NCBI RefSeq assembly: GCF_018350175.1
Contig: NC_058368.1
Coordinates: 94,738,001 to 94,802,000, forward strand
DNA: 64,000 nt
Reading direction: 5' to 3'
DNA from: Felis catus
Taxonomy: Eukaryota
Shown: one piece after another, positions 25,635-37,497 of the stretch
Layout of the letters: each line of letters begins with the position of its first letter
How positions within the stretch are numbered: the stretch's first letter is position 1
Program-made: the position numbers and the translations under genes
The notes under the pieces: generated by a model
Databases searched by the model: none
Seen by the model: the letters and a program-made list of their open reading frames with translations, nothing else
What the model was told of the DNA's origin: nothing

Positions 25635-25830
25635 TTGCCATTCATTCAAACTGAGAAGTCTCTATGTTAGCCTACAAAATCCTAAATGATACGGTCCGCT
25701 CAAGGTTTCCTCTCTGATCTTATTATCCAGTCTTCTCTCTCCGTCACTCAGTTCCCTGCAGCCACAATAACCCTCTTACTGCTCCTCACACATGCCAGGG
25801 ACTTCCTGCTTTATGGTCTATCACTTTCTA
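25635..25830 (+). mobile_element. LINE-2 fragment
   Basis: gcctacaaaatcctaaatgat, tcactcagttccctgcagccaca, ctgctcctcacacatgcca. Confidence 0.6.
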
Positions 25831-26002
25831 ACCTACTGTATAATATTTTTACTATTTAAGAACATAATGTGTGAAATAAAACACAGAAGGCTGTTCAAAG
25901 ATCATGGATGGGCACAAATAATGTATGTGCACTACAGAAAAGAAGTTAAGGGAATAATAATAATAATAATAATAAAAATCACAAGACCTGAAGGTAGCTA
26001 TT

Positions 26003-26560
26003 AATTTTCAGATGGAAGGGCTAAACAAGTATCAAGCAGAATAAATGAATTAAAATACTGCCATGTAAATACATACTCTTGGAGTTTCAACATGCCAAAG
26101 ATAAAGAAGAAAATCCTAAGAGATACCAAAGAAGGAAAAAAAAAAGTTACCAACAAAAGAACAGGAATCAAACTGTTAAACTCATCAGCAACCCTAAATT
26201 CCAAGGCACAATGGAGAAAAGGTCATTAGGGCTCTATACGAGACTGGTTTTGTTTTTAATATTTGTTTTTGAGAGACAGAGTGTGAGCCGGGAAGGGGCA
26301 GAGAGAAAGGGAGACAGAATCCGAAGCAGGCTCCAGGCTCTGAGCTGTCAGCACAGAGCCCGACACGGGGCTCGGGCTCATGAACCTCAAGATCATGACC
26401 TGAGCCAAAGTCTGTTGCTTAAGCGACCGAGCCACCCAGGCGTCCCAATATACGAGGCTGGTTTTGAAGCTAGAAACATATATGCACAGCGACACTATCC
26501 ATGAAATGTGAACACAAATAAAGATAATTCCGACAGCAAAAACTCTGAAAGTGCATCTCC
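26003..26560 (+). mobile_element. Ancient L1/HAL1 ORF1 fragment interrupted by a SINE
   Basis: Translates ..EFQHAKDKEE.., resembling the L1 ORF1p C-terminal half; aggaatcaaactg...tcatcagcaaccctaaattccaaggcacaatggag. Confidence 0.65.
26253..26446 (-). mobile_element. CanSINE
   Basis: TSD TATACGAG(A/G)CTGGTTTTG at 26235-26252 and 26449-26466. Confidence 0.96.
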
Positions 26561-28116
26561 AATAAAATGACAAGAGGTGAAGAGATGAGAGCTGAGTAAC
26601 AGGGATTCTAGCCTCAGGAGTGTAATAGGAAAGTCAGATGCCCGAGATACTTACGTGGCAGCTTCGCAGCTATCGGAGAAGGCAACCGACTCAAATTGGG
26701 ACTCAACCTCTGACGAACACACAACAGTCCCACAATTAGCAGCCAAAGGCAATTGCAGTGTTTATAATTCTGAATCCAGAAGGACCACAGAGACGCCTCA
26801 AAGGAATTAAAAAGTATTTACTCTCTCCATTTAATGTATATTTTTAAATGAGCTTATTGTTAGCCCACACTCTCTCTTCTTAATTGTGTCTGTGTTTTTG
26901 TTTGTTTGTTTGTTTAACAGAAAAAGTAAATGAGTAGATTCTGGCACATTCACAACTGGAAAAAATAAAGGGTGAAGTAATGTATAAAAAGCACAGCTCT
27001 GAAATCATATCACACAAGTGATTGATTTCTGTGTCCTGTTACAAATGGTACCTTCAAGGTTGAAGTTCATTGGTAGGGTATAGACAGTTGGATAGACAGG
27101 GTGAGGGTTTTCTAGCAAGAAGAAAAGTCTCAGACCCCACACAGACTGCTGTGACCCAGACTCTTTTCTGGGTGGCTGATTAGTAGAGCTGTTGCCCTTT
27201 TCCCCTTTTCCCCCAGCCGCCACTCCCGCCCCCCGGCTCCTTGTCAGCTCCTTCCTGTGCTCCATCAGCCATTTATACTTTAAGGGATCTCTGCACAAAA
27301 GGGACTCTGAGACCCTTTTAAAATCGGCTCTTTTAACCTTACAGATGAAATTATCCTATTGGGTGTGTTTTTAGAACTCATACTATTTTTTTAGCCAGTT
27401 CATAACTCGATCTGTGTTTAAATTATTTACAGATGAGTACAGTTCCAGCCAAATTGCCCTATTTAAATGCATCATTACTGGACACTTCAATAGTTTGTCC
27501 ATTGAACACTTGATTTTTTTTTTTTTACCTCATTTCAACTGTGTTTGCCTAAGCAGTCTCTGTCATTCTCTATTCACCCCTATTGCTGTATGAAAGAAAC
27601 AGTTTTACCCATCTTCAAGGCCATATGCATTAGATTATTGCCACCATGAGAATTTCTATGTGAAGTATTTCCCTGCTTTGATGACCCTGTTTTAATGATT
27701 GTTGCAGAATTGAAGTTGTTTCCTTTTCAATGCTACCCATTCCTTTGTTTCTAGAACAGTCTTTCAAATGCCTTGAGAGTGTCTGTTGGTAAGCAGAGCT
27801 GTCCAGATGACATTCTCTGTGTTTCCCTGGCGGTATTTCTCTGAGGGATTCACTGTGTGCTGCTGCCTGTGCCTTTCCTGGTTACTCCTGCCTCCACTGT
27901 CACACTGGCATCCTCAGCAGATTTCGTTTCAGACCCATCTTCCCAGCCCCAGTGCCAGGGGAAGCTGTGGCCTCGCCTCACGTCCTTCCTTACTGCCCGT
28001 AGGGATCCCGACCGTCAGCCTTGTTAACTTCACTCCATCGTCCTATTTTCGTTTATTACTCTTCACCCGTTGTGTTAATGTGAAACCTCCATTTTCTAGT
28101 TGCCCAGGATTCTTTT

Positions 28117-28178
28117 CAGTTTTTTTTCTTTTTTATTTATTTATTTGAGAGAAACAGAGACAGCGCGAGTGGGGGAGG

Positions 28179-28224
<46 letters not shown>

Positions 28225-28356
28225 GGAGAATCCCAAGCAAGCTCCACACTGTCAGTGCAGAGCCGGAAGCAGGGCTTGAACTCACAAAACTGCTGTGTCA
28301 TGACTTGAGCAGAAACCAAGAGCCGGCTGCTTAATGGACTAAGCCACCAGGCACCC
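28117..28356 (-). mobile_element. CanSINE with GA expansion
   Basis: TSD tgcccaggattctttt / tgctgaggattctttt. Confidence 0.95.
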
Positions 28357-28559
28357 TGCTGAGGATTCTTTTATAACCCTTAAAACCCGAAATATTTTGA
28401 ATTTTGGACTTCTGTACAAATCCCTCAATTGACTTCCCATCTAAAAATAGCCAAAATCCTAACAGTGGAATCCTAACAATGTCTCTTCCCGAATCCTCAA
28501 ATGATTTCCCTCTTGGTTACTGTGTCCCAGTCATAATGTCTCCTTGTTGTTTCTTAAAA

Positions 28560-28772
28560 AGAATTTTTTATTTATTTGTGAAGAGAGAGACAGAGCATGA
28601 GCAGGGGAGGGGCAGAGGCAGAGAGGGAGACACAGAATCTGAAACAGGCTCCAGGCTCTGAGCTGTTGGCACAGAGCTTGATGCAGGGCTCGAGCTCAGG
28701 AAGGGTGAGATCGTGACCTGAACCGAAGTCAGAGGATTAACCGATTAACCAACTGAGCCACCCAGGTGCCCC
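28560..28772 (-). mobile_element. CanSINE
   Basis: TSD TCCTTGTTGTTTCTT(AAAA) starting at 28541 and 28773. Confidence 0.96.
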
Positions 28773-28801
28773 TCCTTGTTGTTTCTTAAAAGGCATCATG
28801 T

Positions 28802-29016
28802 GGGGCGCCTGGGTGGCGCAGTCGGTTAAGCGTCCGACTTCAGCCAGGTCACGATCTCGCGGTCCGTGAGTTCGAGCCCCGCATCAGGCTCTGGGCTGAT
28901 GGCTCAGAGCCTGGAGCCTGTTTCCGATTCTGTGTCTCCCTCTCTCTCTGCCCCTCCCCCGTTCATGCTCTGTCTCTCTCTGTCCCAAAAATAAATAAAC
29001 GTTGAAAAAAAAAAAA
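28802..29016 (+). mobile_element. Young felid SINE (SINEC_Fc-like)
   Basis: ggggcgcctgggtggcgcagtcggttaagcgtccgacttcagccaggtcacg; TSD AAAAGGCATCATGT at 28788-28801 and 29017-29030. Confidence 0.98.
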
Positions 29017-29030
29017 AAAAGGCATCATGT

Positions 29031-29625
29031 ACACTTTCTCCTCAGGGACTTTAGTAGTTGGCTGATTTCTTTGTCTGGAATGTTCTATTCCCAGATAAGC
29101 TCATGGTGCATTCCTCTGCTTCTGTGTCAAGTCTTTACTCAAATGTCACCTTACCAGTGAAGCCTTCCCTGTCTCCTGTAGGAACTAATAATTCATCATA
29201 TTTTCAGGGGGTTTTTGATGTTTATTTAGTTTTTGAGACAACATGAGTGGGGGAGGGGCAGACAAAAAGGGAGACATAATCTGAGGCAGGCTCCACACTG
29301 TCTGAGCAGAGCCCTGGGTGGGACTCGAACTCACGAACTGTGAGATCATGAATGACCTGAGTCGAAATCAAGAGTTGGAAACTTAAATGATTGAACCACC
29401 AGGCACCCCCATCATATTTTTAGCATACCTCCTACCTCACGGCTTCAGAGAAGCTATATATTTTACTTAAGTAAACTATATATTTTACTTGTTTGTTTAT
29501 TGTCTGTTACCCTCCCCTGGAACGTGTAGTTCACCAGAACAGGGAACTTTAGTTTTATAAACTTTTCTGAGCACCTAGAATAGTGCCTGACACATCATAA
29601 ATAAATATTTGTTGAATTAATGAAT
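29031..29625 (+). mobile_element. LINE-2 (L2a-like) 3' end, SINE inserted
   Basis: tctttactcaaatgtcacctt...gaagccttccctg; gcacctagaatagtgcctgacacat...aataaatatttgttgaattaatgaat. Confidence 0.85.
29205..29409 (-). mobile_element. CanSINE
   Basis: TSD CATCATATTTT at 29194-29204 and 29410-29420. Confidence 0.94.
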
Positions 29626-29784
29626 ATAATAAATGCTACGATGCTCCATATTTTACACGGGCATACATTTTGGCTAGAATTGACCAGTCTCTTGCAGTAT
29701 GAGCATGGAATTAGAATCACATTACTGGAGTTTAAATAGGCTTCATGTGATTTTACATACATGTACTTAGTTTGCATCTGTGTC

Positions 29785-29870
29785 TCAGGCCTCAGAGGTT
29801 GCCTGAGGATTAAATGAGTTAACATATAGCAATTTTAATAGTGTCTGACACATATAAGTGCTTTATAATT
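29785..29870 (+). mobile_element. MIR 3' fragment
   Basis: ctcagaggttgcctgaggattaaatgagttaacatat...gtgtctgacacatataagtgct. Confidence 0.7.
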
Positions 29871-30088
29871 TTATGCCTAAGAAAATATTCAACCTCATCA
29901 CATTTGGTTTTGTCATTTTTTTTTTTTTTGTAGGTGATTAAGCATTGTTATTTCTGAGTATTTATGCTAAGGTACTTTTGAGCAGAGTACTAGTCCTGAT
30001 ACCATGGATTGAATTTTATTCTAACTCATTTGTTCATCTTTTTTTCCTTAGGATGACTTTGATACTTCGGCATAAAAAACTTTATTTA

Positions 30089-30265
30089 GGGCCACCTGGG
30101 TGTCTCAGTCCCGTGTTGGGCTCTGTGCTGACAGCTCAGAGCCTGGAAACTGCTTGGGATTCTGCCTCCTTGTATCTCTGCCCCTTCCCCACTTGTGCTC
30201 TTTGTCTTTCTGTCTCTTGAAAATAATAGGTAAAAATGTTTAAAAAAATTTTTTAATTAGAAAAA
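30089..30265 (+). mobile_element. CanSINE with internal deletion removing the B-box region
   Basis: ctcagtc joined directly to ccgtgttgggctctgtgc; TSD core AAAAAACTTT. Confidence 0.9.
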
Positions 30266-31119
30266 TAAAAAAACTTTCTTTAGGACAGAGATATTTAACT
30301 TGTATGTCCCAACAACGTCACATCAACCCACTTCTAGCCCCCCCGACCCCTGGCCCCCGGCCTTGTAACATCTTTAAAGCCTTCCGTCTCCAATCAGAGC
30401 TGCCACTTTGGTTCAGCCCAGTTTGGTTCAAAGCATTATGCCAATGGATGCCTCACAAAAGGCAGCGTATATGCTGCGGGTAACAAAACAAATACGCAAA
30501 TATAACTCCGACTTCCTACACAGATACAGTATGCAATCCTGGCTTGCTCTTAGGGGCAAACCCTTGAGAGTGTACAAGTGAAGTTTGTGGCTCTCCAGCA
30601 ACTAGAAAAAATTCACCTCAGTATGAAGTGGCTCTTGAGCTTGACACAGTGGAGTACAACTAATTTAGATAACTTCCCGGCCTTGGAGGGAGTGTGAAGT
30701 ACTGTTGTTCCCTTCAGAAGTAGTTGTTTTCATACGGATCTTAAATAGTTCTTTACAACTTGACTTTTATGTTAAACACATTTCATTTTATCCCTCTTCA
30801 TCTGTTCGTTTCTGGATTAGATTGAAGGAATTGCTCAGGTCTTCGTGTTCAACTGTTACTTCCCTGTTGGTTTCTTTGAAGACTTGTAAGTTTCCGGTGA
30901 CAAGTTCTACAAAAATTAAAATAAGAAAATACACTTGTTACTGGTGATTTTTTTTTTTAAATGAGAACATTTTAGCTGTTATGCTGAAATAGCTTCCTCT
31001 TTCCCTCTCATCAGGATTTTGTGAACAGTCAGAAGAACAATTGGCCCATTGTTTAAGAAAATAATAAGTTCATCTTCAGACTAAAGTTGCTAAAGTTAGC
31101 CTTTGGTGTTCCTATGTCT

Positions 31120-32370
31120 TAATGAAGTATAACACCTGTAGCTCTGTGAGTTACTAGAAAATGAATATGCCTGTGTAACCGCCACGCATTGAAGAAAGAA
31201 AACATTACCTGCATCTTCCAGAAGCCCTCTTACCAATTCCTAACCACTCTCCCTCCTTTCCTCCCTGAAGTTAACCCCTTTCCCTACTATTCTAATATGC
31301 TGGATTAGTTTTGTTTGTTTTATAAACTTCTTATAAACTGAATCAGTCAGAATGTACTGTTTTGCCTCTAGGTCCTTTTGTGTAACTTTGTAGGTATGAG
31401 CTTCCTCCATATTTTGTGTGGCCCTACTTTATGTCCCTGGCTGCGTAGTATTTCATGTAATATGACCACAGCATATTCAACCATTTTTCATATTGATGCA
31501 AATCTCAGTTCGTACTGTGTTTGAAGCACACACGCGTGCCTTTCTGTTGAGTATACTATACTTAGATATAAAGCATAGGATCAGGGGCACCTGGGTGGCT
31601 CAGTGGGTTGAGCGTCTGACTTCGGTTCAGGTCATGATCTCGTGGTCCGTGAGTTCGAGCCCCATGTCGGGCTCTGTGCCGACAACGCAGAGCCTGGAGC
31701 CTGCTTCAGATTCTGTCTCCCTCTCTCTCTGCCCCTCCACCGCTCATGCTCTGTCTCTCTCTCTCTCTCCGTCAAAAATAAACAAACATTAAAAAAATAA
31801 AATGAAAAATAAAGTGTTGGATCAGAGGCTCAATTTTGGTGGATAACCACGTTTCCCAGATTGGCTCTACCAATTCGCTTCCCACCAGCTGTGGAGAGCT
31901 GTGATTGCTACATATCTTCAAATCTCGGTATTGTTGTGTTTTTAATTTCTGGTGAGTTTGTAGACAGGTGTCACGCTGGACTTGTAGTTTTCATTTCCTT
32001 GATTATTAGTGAGTTGAACATTTTTGACATGTGTATTGACTATTTAGATATCCACTGATACAGAGTACCTTCTCAAATCTCTTGTCCATTTATCTACCAA
32101 GTTGTCTTGTTTTTCATATTGAGTTGTCGATATTTTAGATACAAGCCCTTTGTTGATTGTATATATTGAAATTTTCTTTTTCCACTCCATGCCTTGCTTT
32201 TAAACTGTCTTAAGGTATCTTTTGAAGAAAGGAAATTTTAAATTTTGCTGTGGTACAATTTATCTCATTTATTTCTCAACATTTTCTTTTATGGTTTCTA
32301 CTTTCTGTGTCCTATGTAAGAAATGATTCTATTCTAATGTCATGAAATTTTCTTCAATGTTATTGGAGGA
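31120..32370 (-). mobile_element. Ancient L1 (L1MD/ME-like) 3' region
   Basis: cctgtgtaaccgccac, aacattacctgcatcttccagaagcc, ttcccaccagctgtggagag, tcttttgaagaaaggaaattttaaattttg. Confidence 0.8.
31584..31808 (+). mobile_element. CanSINE
   Basis: Full structure; decayed TSD ataaagcataggatca / ataaagtgttggatca. Confidence 0.96.
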
Positions 32371-32677
32371 AATTTTTTTTTTTTACTCCAGCCTTCCCCG
32401 ATTGTATGTCCTGTCAACAAAAATGTAGGAATATGCATAGTGTATATACATATCATTTATTTATATGTATCATATGTATACTATGTATACGGTATACCCA
32501 TTTTTACATAAAATTAAAAAAGCTAGAAAATAAGAAAATAATTAAATACAGATGTCTTTTTTCCCACACCCCAATATTATATTAAATATTTCCTGATTTA
32601 TACAGACCACACTTTATGTCAGCCTTTTTAGAATCAAATAATATTGTCAAGTAAGTTATTTAAACTGTCACGTAGGA

Positions 32678-32778
32678 GGGGGTCCCCCTCTACTTGCTAG
32701 ATGGAATACTGCCCAATTCATGAATCACTTAAGAAAGCCAACTAGATCTTCTAAATAAATAAGTAAGTAAGTAAGTAG
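32678..32778 (+). mobile_element. Short LTR R-region fragment with A-rich tail and TSD (probable retrocopy)
   Basis: Similar to the reverse complement of 39686-39715; TSD TGTCA(C/T)GTAGGA at 32666-32677 and 32779-32790. Confidence 0.65.
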
Positions 32779-34586
32779 TGTCATGTAGGAAACCTCACTC
32801 ATTGAAAGTCCAGGCAGAAAGTTTTATTTGGAAATCTGCTTGATAACATTTTGAAGAAATAGTCTATAAGACAAGTTATTCCCTAGATTTTTACAAATTC
32901 TAATTTGGGAAGGGACATAGCCTTGAGTTATTTAGGCCTAGGATAGCCACTTAGCAAATACTTGATTTTTTTTCCCAAAATGTAGTTTCAATCATTTTAT
33001 TTCCCTACTTTGAATCCTCAAATGATTCACCATACAGGTCCTTGCATCATACATTTGTCTGAAGGTTTTCTTATGTTTATGAGATTTGCTCGGATAGACT
33101 AAAGACTTGAACTAACCATGAAATGTTAAGAAAAAAACATGGCAGTTTTCTTTTCCCTTTTTTAAATAGCTGAGCCGAGACTTTTGTATTTTAAAGAATG
33201 TTTCTATTTTCCAATATGTAAATTTGTGGTTTATGATGACTTGAGTCACTAAGCACAATAAATGTCATCTGGTTCTTTCTCTCCTTTTCACAAAGCTTCT
33301 TATGTGGGATCAGTAGTCCCAAAGTTAGACCTTTTACAAATGGTGCTTTGGGATAAAAGCACATTTAGATTATCTGTTTTGTGCAGGAATTGACATAGTT
33401 TAAAAGAAATCTTCTCTGAGCTCAAAACAAACTCAGTTTTGTCTGTTTATTTGACCTTCTAATCTATTCATATCTTGGACAACTTATTTTGGAATCTTTA
33501 CCCAAAAAAATGTAGAAAATAGAGGTTATTTCTGGCTCTTAAGTTATTATCGTTTTAGTGTTAAGAGTATTCCCTTGTATCAAAAATAAAATCCTCTTTT
33601 TCTTTAATCTGTATGTGAGGGTAAAGTCAAAAGAAAAACAATTTAAAGAATATTTTAGTATTAATTAGGTTTCAAAACAATCAAGAAGGAAATAGGTTTC
33701 CTGGAATTATTTAAGCATCTGGTTTTCCAATAACCTCCACTATGTAGCCATTAGTTTTTAGAGGTGATTACATAATTATCAGAAAATTTGAATTCCGATG
33801 AAATGGAGTTTTAATGCATTTGGACTAGAGTAAAACGTTTTAGACATGGATATAAGGAGTGAAAAACAAAGGCGCAAGTCTGCTGTTGGCAGAACTCATT
33901 GTACTTAGAGCAACTGCTAAAGTGTATGTATTCCAGTGACATGTGTACGTAGTCTGAAGGTTGATAAATTATGTATGTTAGCATCATAAGATCAGAGTTA
34001 GTATTATGATATTCATAGGAGCTTACCAATTGCAGAATAAGAAATTAGAAATCATTAAGATAGAATAAAAGCTGTTGCAAAAACATTATAAAATTTCCCA
34101 AAATATCAGAGATTAGAGGAAACAAATTTCAAACCAGACCTCAATACGTCTAACCATTTCTAGGCCACATAATCTGTTTAAATCCAAAAGAGAGGTACCA
34201 TGCAAGGCCACTACATTAGATTCCCCTATCATGACTGATGAAAACTCTCTTAGCACTCAGAGATGCTTTTGACCAAAAGATTATCAAAGTTTTTTTCTTC
34301 AGATTGCTGAGATCCAAACCTATCTTGGGGTACCCAGTGAACTCTGCCAGGTGTAAACTGAGATATCATTATGCACTACTTGTCACCATAAACTCATGCT
34401 CTTTGTCATGTATTATGTTTCTTAACTGAATAAAGAATTAAACACTGAGTATTTTTCCTTAGACTCTGCTGCCGTGTGCTCACATCAGAATATTCATTAA
34501 ACAGTCATCCCTCTGTGACCTTGAATTCCCCTTAAATAAAAGTTGAGACTCTCTCTAAAAAATAAATAAACATTAAAAAAAGATTA

Positions 34587-35050
34587 GGGGGTGCCTGGGT
34601 GGCGCATTGTTTGAGGGTCCAACTTCGGCTCAGGCCGTGATCTCACAGTTTGTGAGTTGGAGTCCTGCGTCGGGCTCTGTGCTGACAGCTCAGAGCCTGG
34701 AGCCTGCTTTGGACTCTGTGTCTCCCTGGCTCTCTTCCCTTCCCCCACTCACACTCTGTCTCTGTCTCTCTTTATTTTTTTTTTTTTTTTAGTTTAAAAA
34801 AAAATTTTTTTTAATGTTTATTTATTTTTGAGACAGAGAGAGAGCATGAACGGGGGAGGGTCAGAGAGAGACAGAGACACAGAATCTGAAACAGGCTCCA
34901 GGCTCTGAGCTGTCAGCACAGAGCCCGATGCAGGGCTCGAACTCATAGACTGTGAGATCATGACCTGAGCCAAAGTCGGTCGCCCAACTGACTGAGCCCC
35001 CCAGGCGCCCCTCTCTGTCTCTCTTTAAAAAAATAAACATTAAAAAAAAA
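34587..35050 (+). mobile_element. CanSINE (host copy, split by an antisense SINE)
   Basis: Head at 34587; CT tract and A tail resume at 35012. Confidence 0.94.
34775..35011 (-). mobile_element. CanSINE nested in a SINE
   Basis: TSD TCTCTGTCTCTCTTTA at 34759-34774 and 35012-35027. Confidence 0.96.
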
Positions 35051-35164
35051 GTTTAGAGTGCATAGGTTGACTTCAGTGTAGCTTTTGGGCAACCCTGAAG
35101 TTTCACTACAGGGCAACCCTGTAAAGGAATAATCAGAGAAAGTACAATGTGAAAGTTAGAAAAA

Positions 35165-35310
35165 GTGATGGGGATTAAGTAGTATACTTGTTGTGATGAT
35201 GGTGACGTATGGAAGGAAGTGTTGAGTCACCATATTGAATACCTGAAACTAACACACACTGTGTGTGTGTTAACTATACTGGAATTACAGTAAACTTAAA
35301 AATCGAAAGC
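35165..35310 (+). mobile_element. Heavily 5'-truncated carnivore L1 3' end
   Basis: Clearly similar to 46406-46545 (gtgatggggatta...tacctgaaact...gttaacta); candidate TSD aagttagaaaaag / aagttaggaaagg. Confidence 0.85.
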
Positions 35311-35665
35311 AAGTTAGGAAAGGTAAACTGGATGACAGAGGAAGAGTAAAGATTTTTGCACCGAAGACTTGGAAAGGTCGAGGAAAACGTGAGAGAGTAA
35401 AGCTGGTCTGTGCCAGGCATTCCAGATCCTAAGCAGGCATCAGAACAATTGTGTTTTTGTTGATGTAATTTTTTATTTTGTTTGTTTTAACGTATCTATC
35501 TTAGCCTAAAGATTTACAGAGTCTTTGGGAGTGGCCCTGAGCAAAGAAAATAGTCTTCCCTGTTGGTTCTGTTAGAACCCGAGCTGAAAACCACTGTGGC
35601 CTGGCTGTGCAGATAATCTTTTATTCTTTACTTTCCCACCAGTCTTTAAAAATAACACTAAAGTA

Positions 35666-35822
35666 GGGGCGCCTGGATGGGCTCAGTCAGTTGAGCTTCT
35701 GGCTCTTGATTTTAGCTCAGGTCGTGATCTCATGGTTTTTGAGTTTGAGCCCCGTGTCGGGCTCTTCGCTGACAGTGCAGGGCCTGCTTGACATTCTTTC
35801 TCCCCCACCCCCACTCTCTTTC
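35666..35822 (+). mobile_element. CanSINE lacking A tail
   Basis: Head and body present; ends in the CT tract. Confidence 0.9.
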
Positions 35823-36280
35823 TGTACATTATTAGAGTTTTATGCTGTGTTACATGTTAGTGATCCTGTCTTTAGCAGTTTTTATTGTTTTTAGTGTAAG
35901 AAAACACATTTATTGAACTATGTTATCAGTTCACTTCAAAGCACGGTTATCAGCGTGTTCTTCCTTTAAAGTCAAAATTTGTATCACATGCTGTCTTTAC
36001 CTTGGTCTGTTCAGGACTGTTAGGGTTTGGGCTACTTCAAATATGTAAATGATTACAAGTAGATATTTCCTTTTTATTGAAATATCTTTTACTTTTTGTT
36101 TTATAACAATAGTTAGGTATGTTCCCAAACATTATTCTAGTGATTGTTGCAAATCAGCATTGAGATCTTTCATCTGTAGGACACGTGAGTAAAGTAAATG
36201 CGCCACAGCAGACCACGCCGTGCTTTTTCTGGTGCTTATTTGTCTTCATGTAGGATCTTTATTCCAAACACATTTGTCTT

Positions 36281-36445
36281 GGGGCACCTGGGTGGCTCAT
36301 TCGGCTGAGCATTAAACTCTTGATTTCAACTCAAATCATGATCTCAAGGTTCATGGGATCGAGCCCCGCGTTGGGCTCTGCGCCAGGCGTGGATCCTGTT
36401 TAACATTCTCTCTCTCCCTCTAAAATAAAAAAAAATAAAAACAAA
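36281..36445 (+). mobile_element. CanSINE (short CT tract)
   Basis: Head, body and A tail. Confidence 0.93.
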
Positions 36446-37497
36446 TTTTTTTAAGTAATTTTTCTTTCTAATGATACTAAAGCATTAATAAATAAAGGGC
36501 TGAGATTGTGAAACCAAGTAGTGAATTTAGCACCAAGAAGACATTGTGGCGGTCAGTATATTCCCTTTTCCCACCGCCACCTTGGCCCTCCTCTTCCACT
36601 ACATTAAATTTGAATTCTGAAAGATTAAGAGATAATGCCAGCATGGCAGAGATGTTCTGTGGGTTTATATCACATAAAACTACACCGTTTGGTAATTTTT
36701 CAGAATGTTTTTCTACAGCTTATTAAAATCTTAAAACTAGCATATAATATGGTGCAGACTTTAAGCTGCCTTTATAGGGCTTGTGCTTCTTGTTATCCTT
36801 CTGTTTCGCTGGGAATTCTTGGCCAGAGATCAGTTCCGCATCTGCTTTTATGAACCAGCAATGAGACAATGGCAGTAATGTCATAAATCAACATAATGAT
36901 TCAATTAATTGTGATTCACATAAGTCACTTAACAATCATATTTGTTATTCAGTGGTGTGTTTGTCATAAAATTAGTGTCTGTTTCTAGAATTTTTAAGGA
37001 TTATGTTATTGCTGTTTTTTCTAATTTGGTTTTATGAATAATGGTAAACTCTATTCCCCCAGACTTTCATTATTATTGTCATTGATCCTTTTGACTCATT
37101 GCCTTCTTTTGGGGAAAAAACAAGATTTTTATTTTCGTTATCTTGCAACTAATTGATAATCATTCATTTGCTGAGATAATTGGAAAAAATACATTTTATC
37201 TTTTAGTTTGTAAAGACACCCTTGAACTTGAAGCAGAAGCTGAATCTTCTTGAGATTCACTGGAGGGATTGGGTTTTCTTCAGTAAGCATTGGGTGTAGC
37301 AAGAGTAATTTGTTATCATTCAGGTATGAAAATAACTGCTGATTTCCCATCAATTTATGTTAAATTGAAATGCTGTAGAGTTTTAAAATGTGTTTAGAAC
37401 TGAGAAAGGTTAGCCGTGCTACAAGTTAGCGGATAAGATTTTATACACAGTTCCAGGCACTAGATGGAAGTAGGCTGGTTAAAATTTTTGAAAAGTA

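Noticed and set aside
28802..28880. tRNA gene (A and B boxes)
   Set aside because: tRNA-derived SINE head followed by SINE body, tail and TSD; applies to all SINE heads here.
32430..32500. Palindromic AT-rich stretch
   Set aside because: Low-complexity (TA/TG)n; self-complementarity expected by chance.
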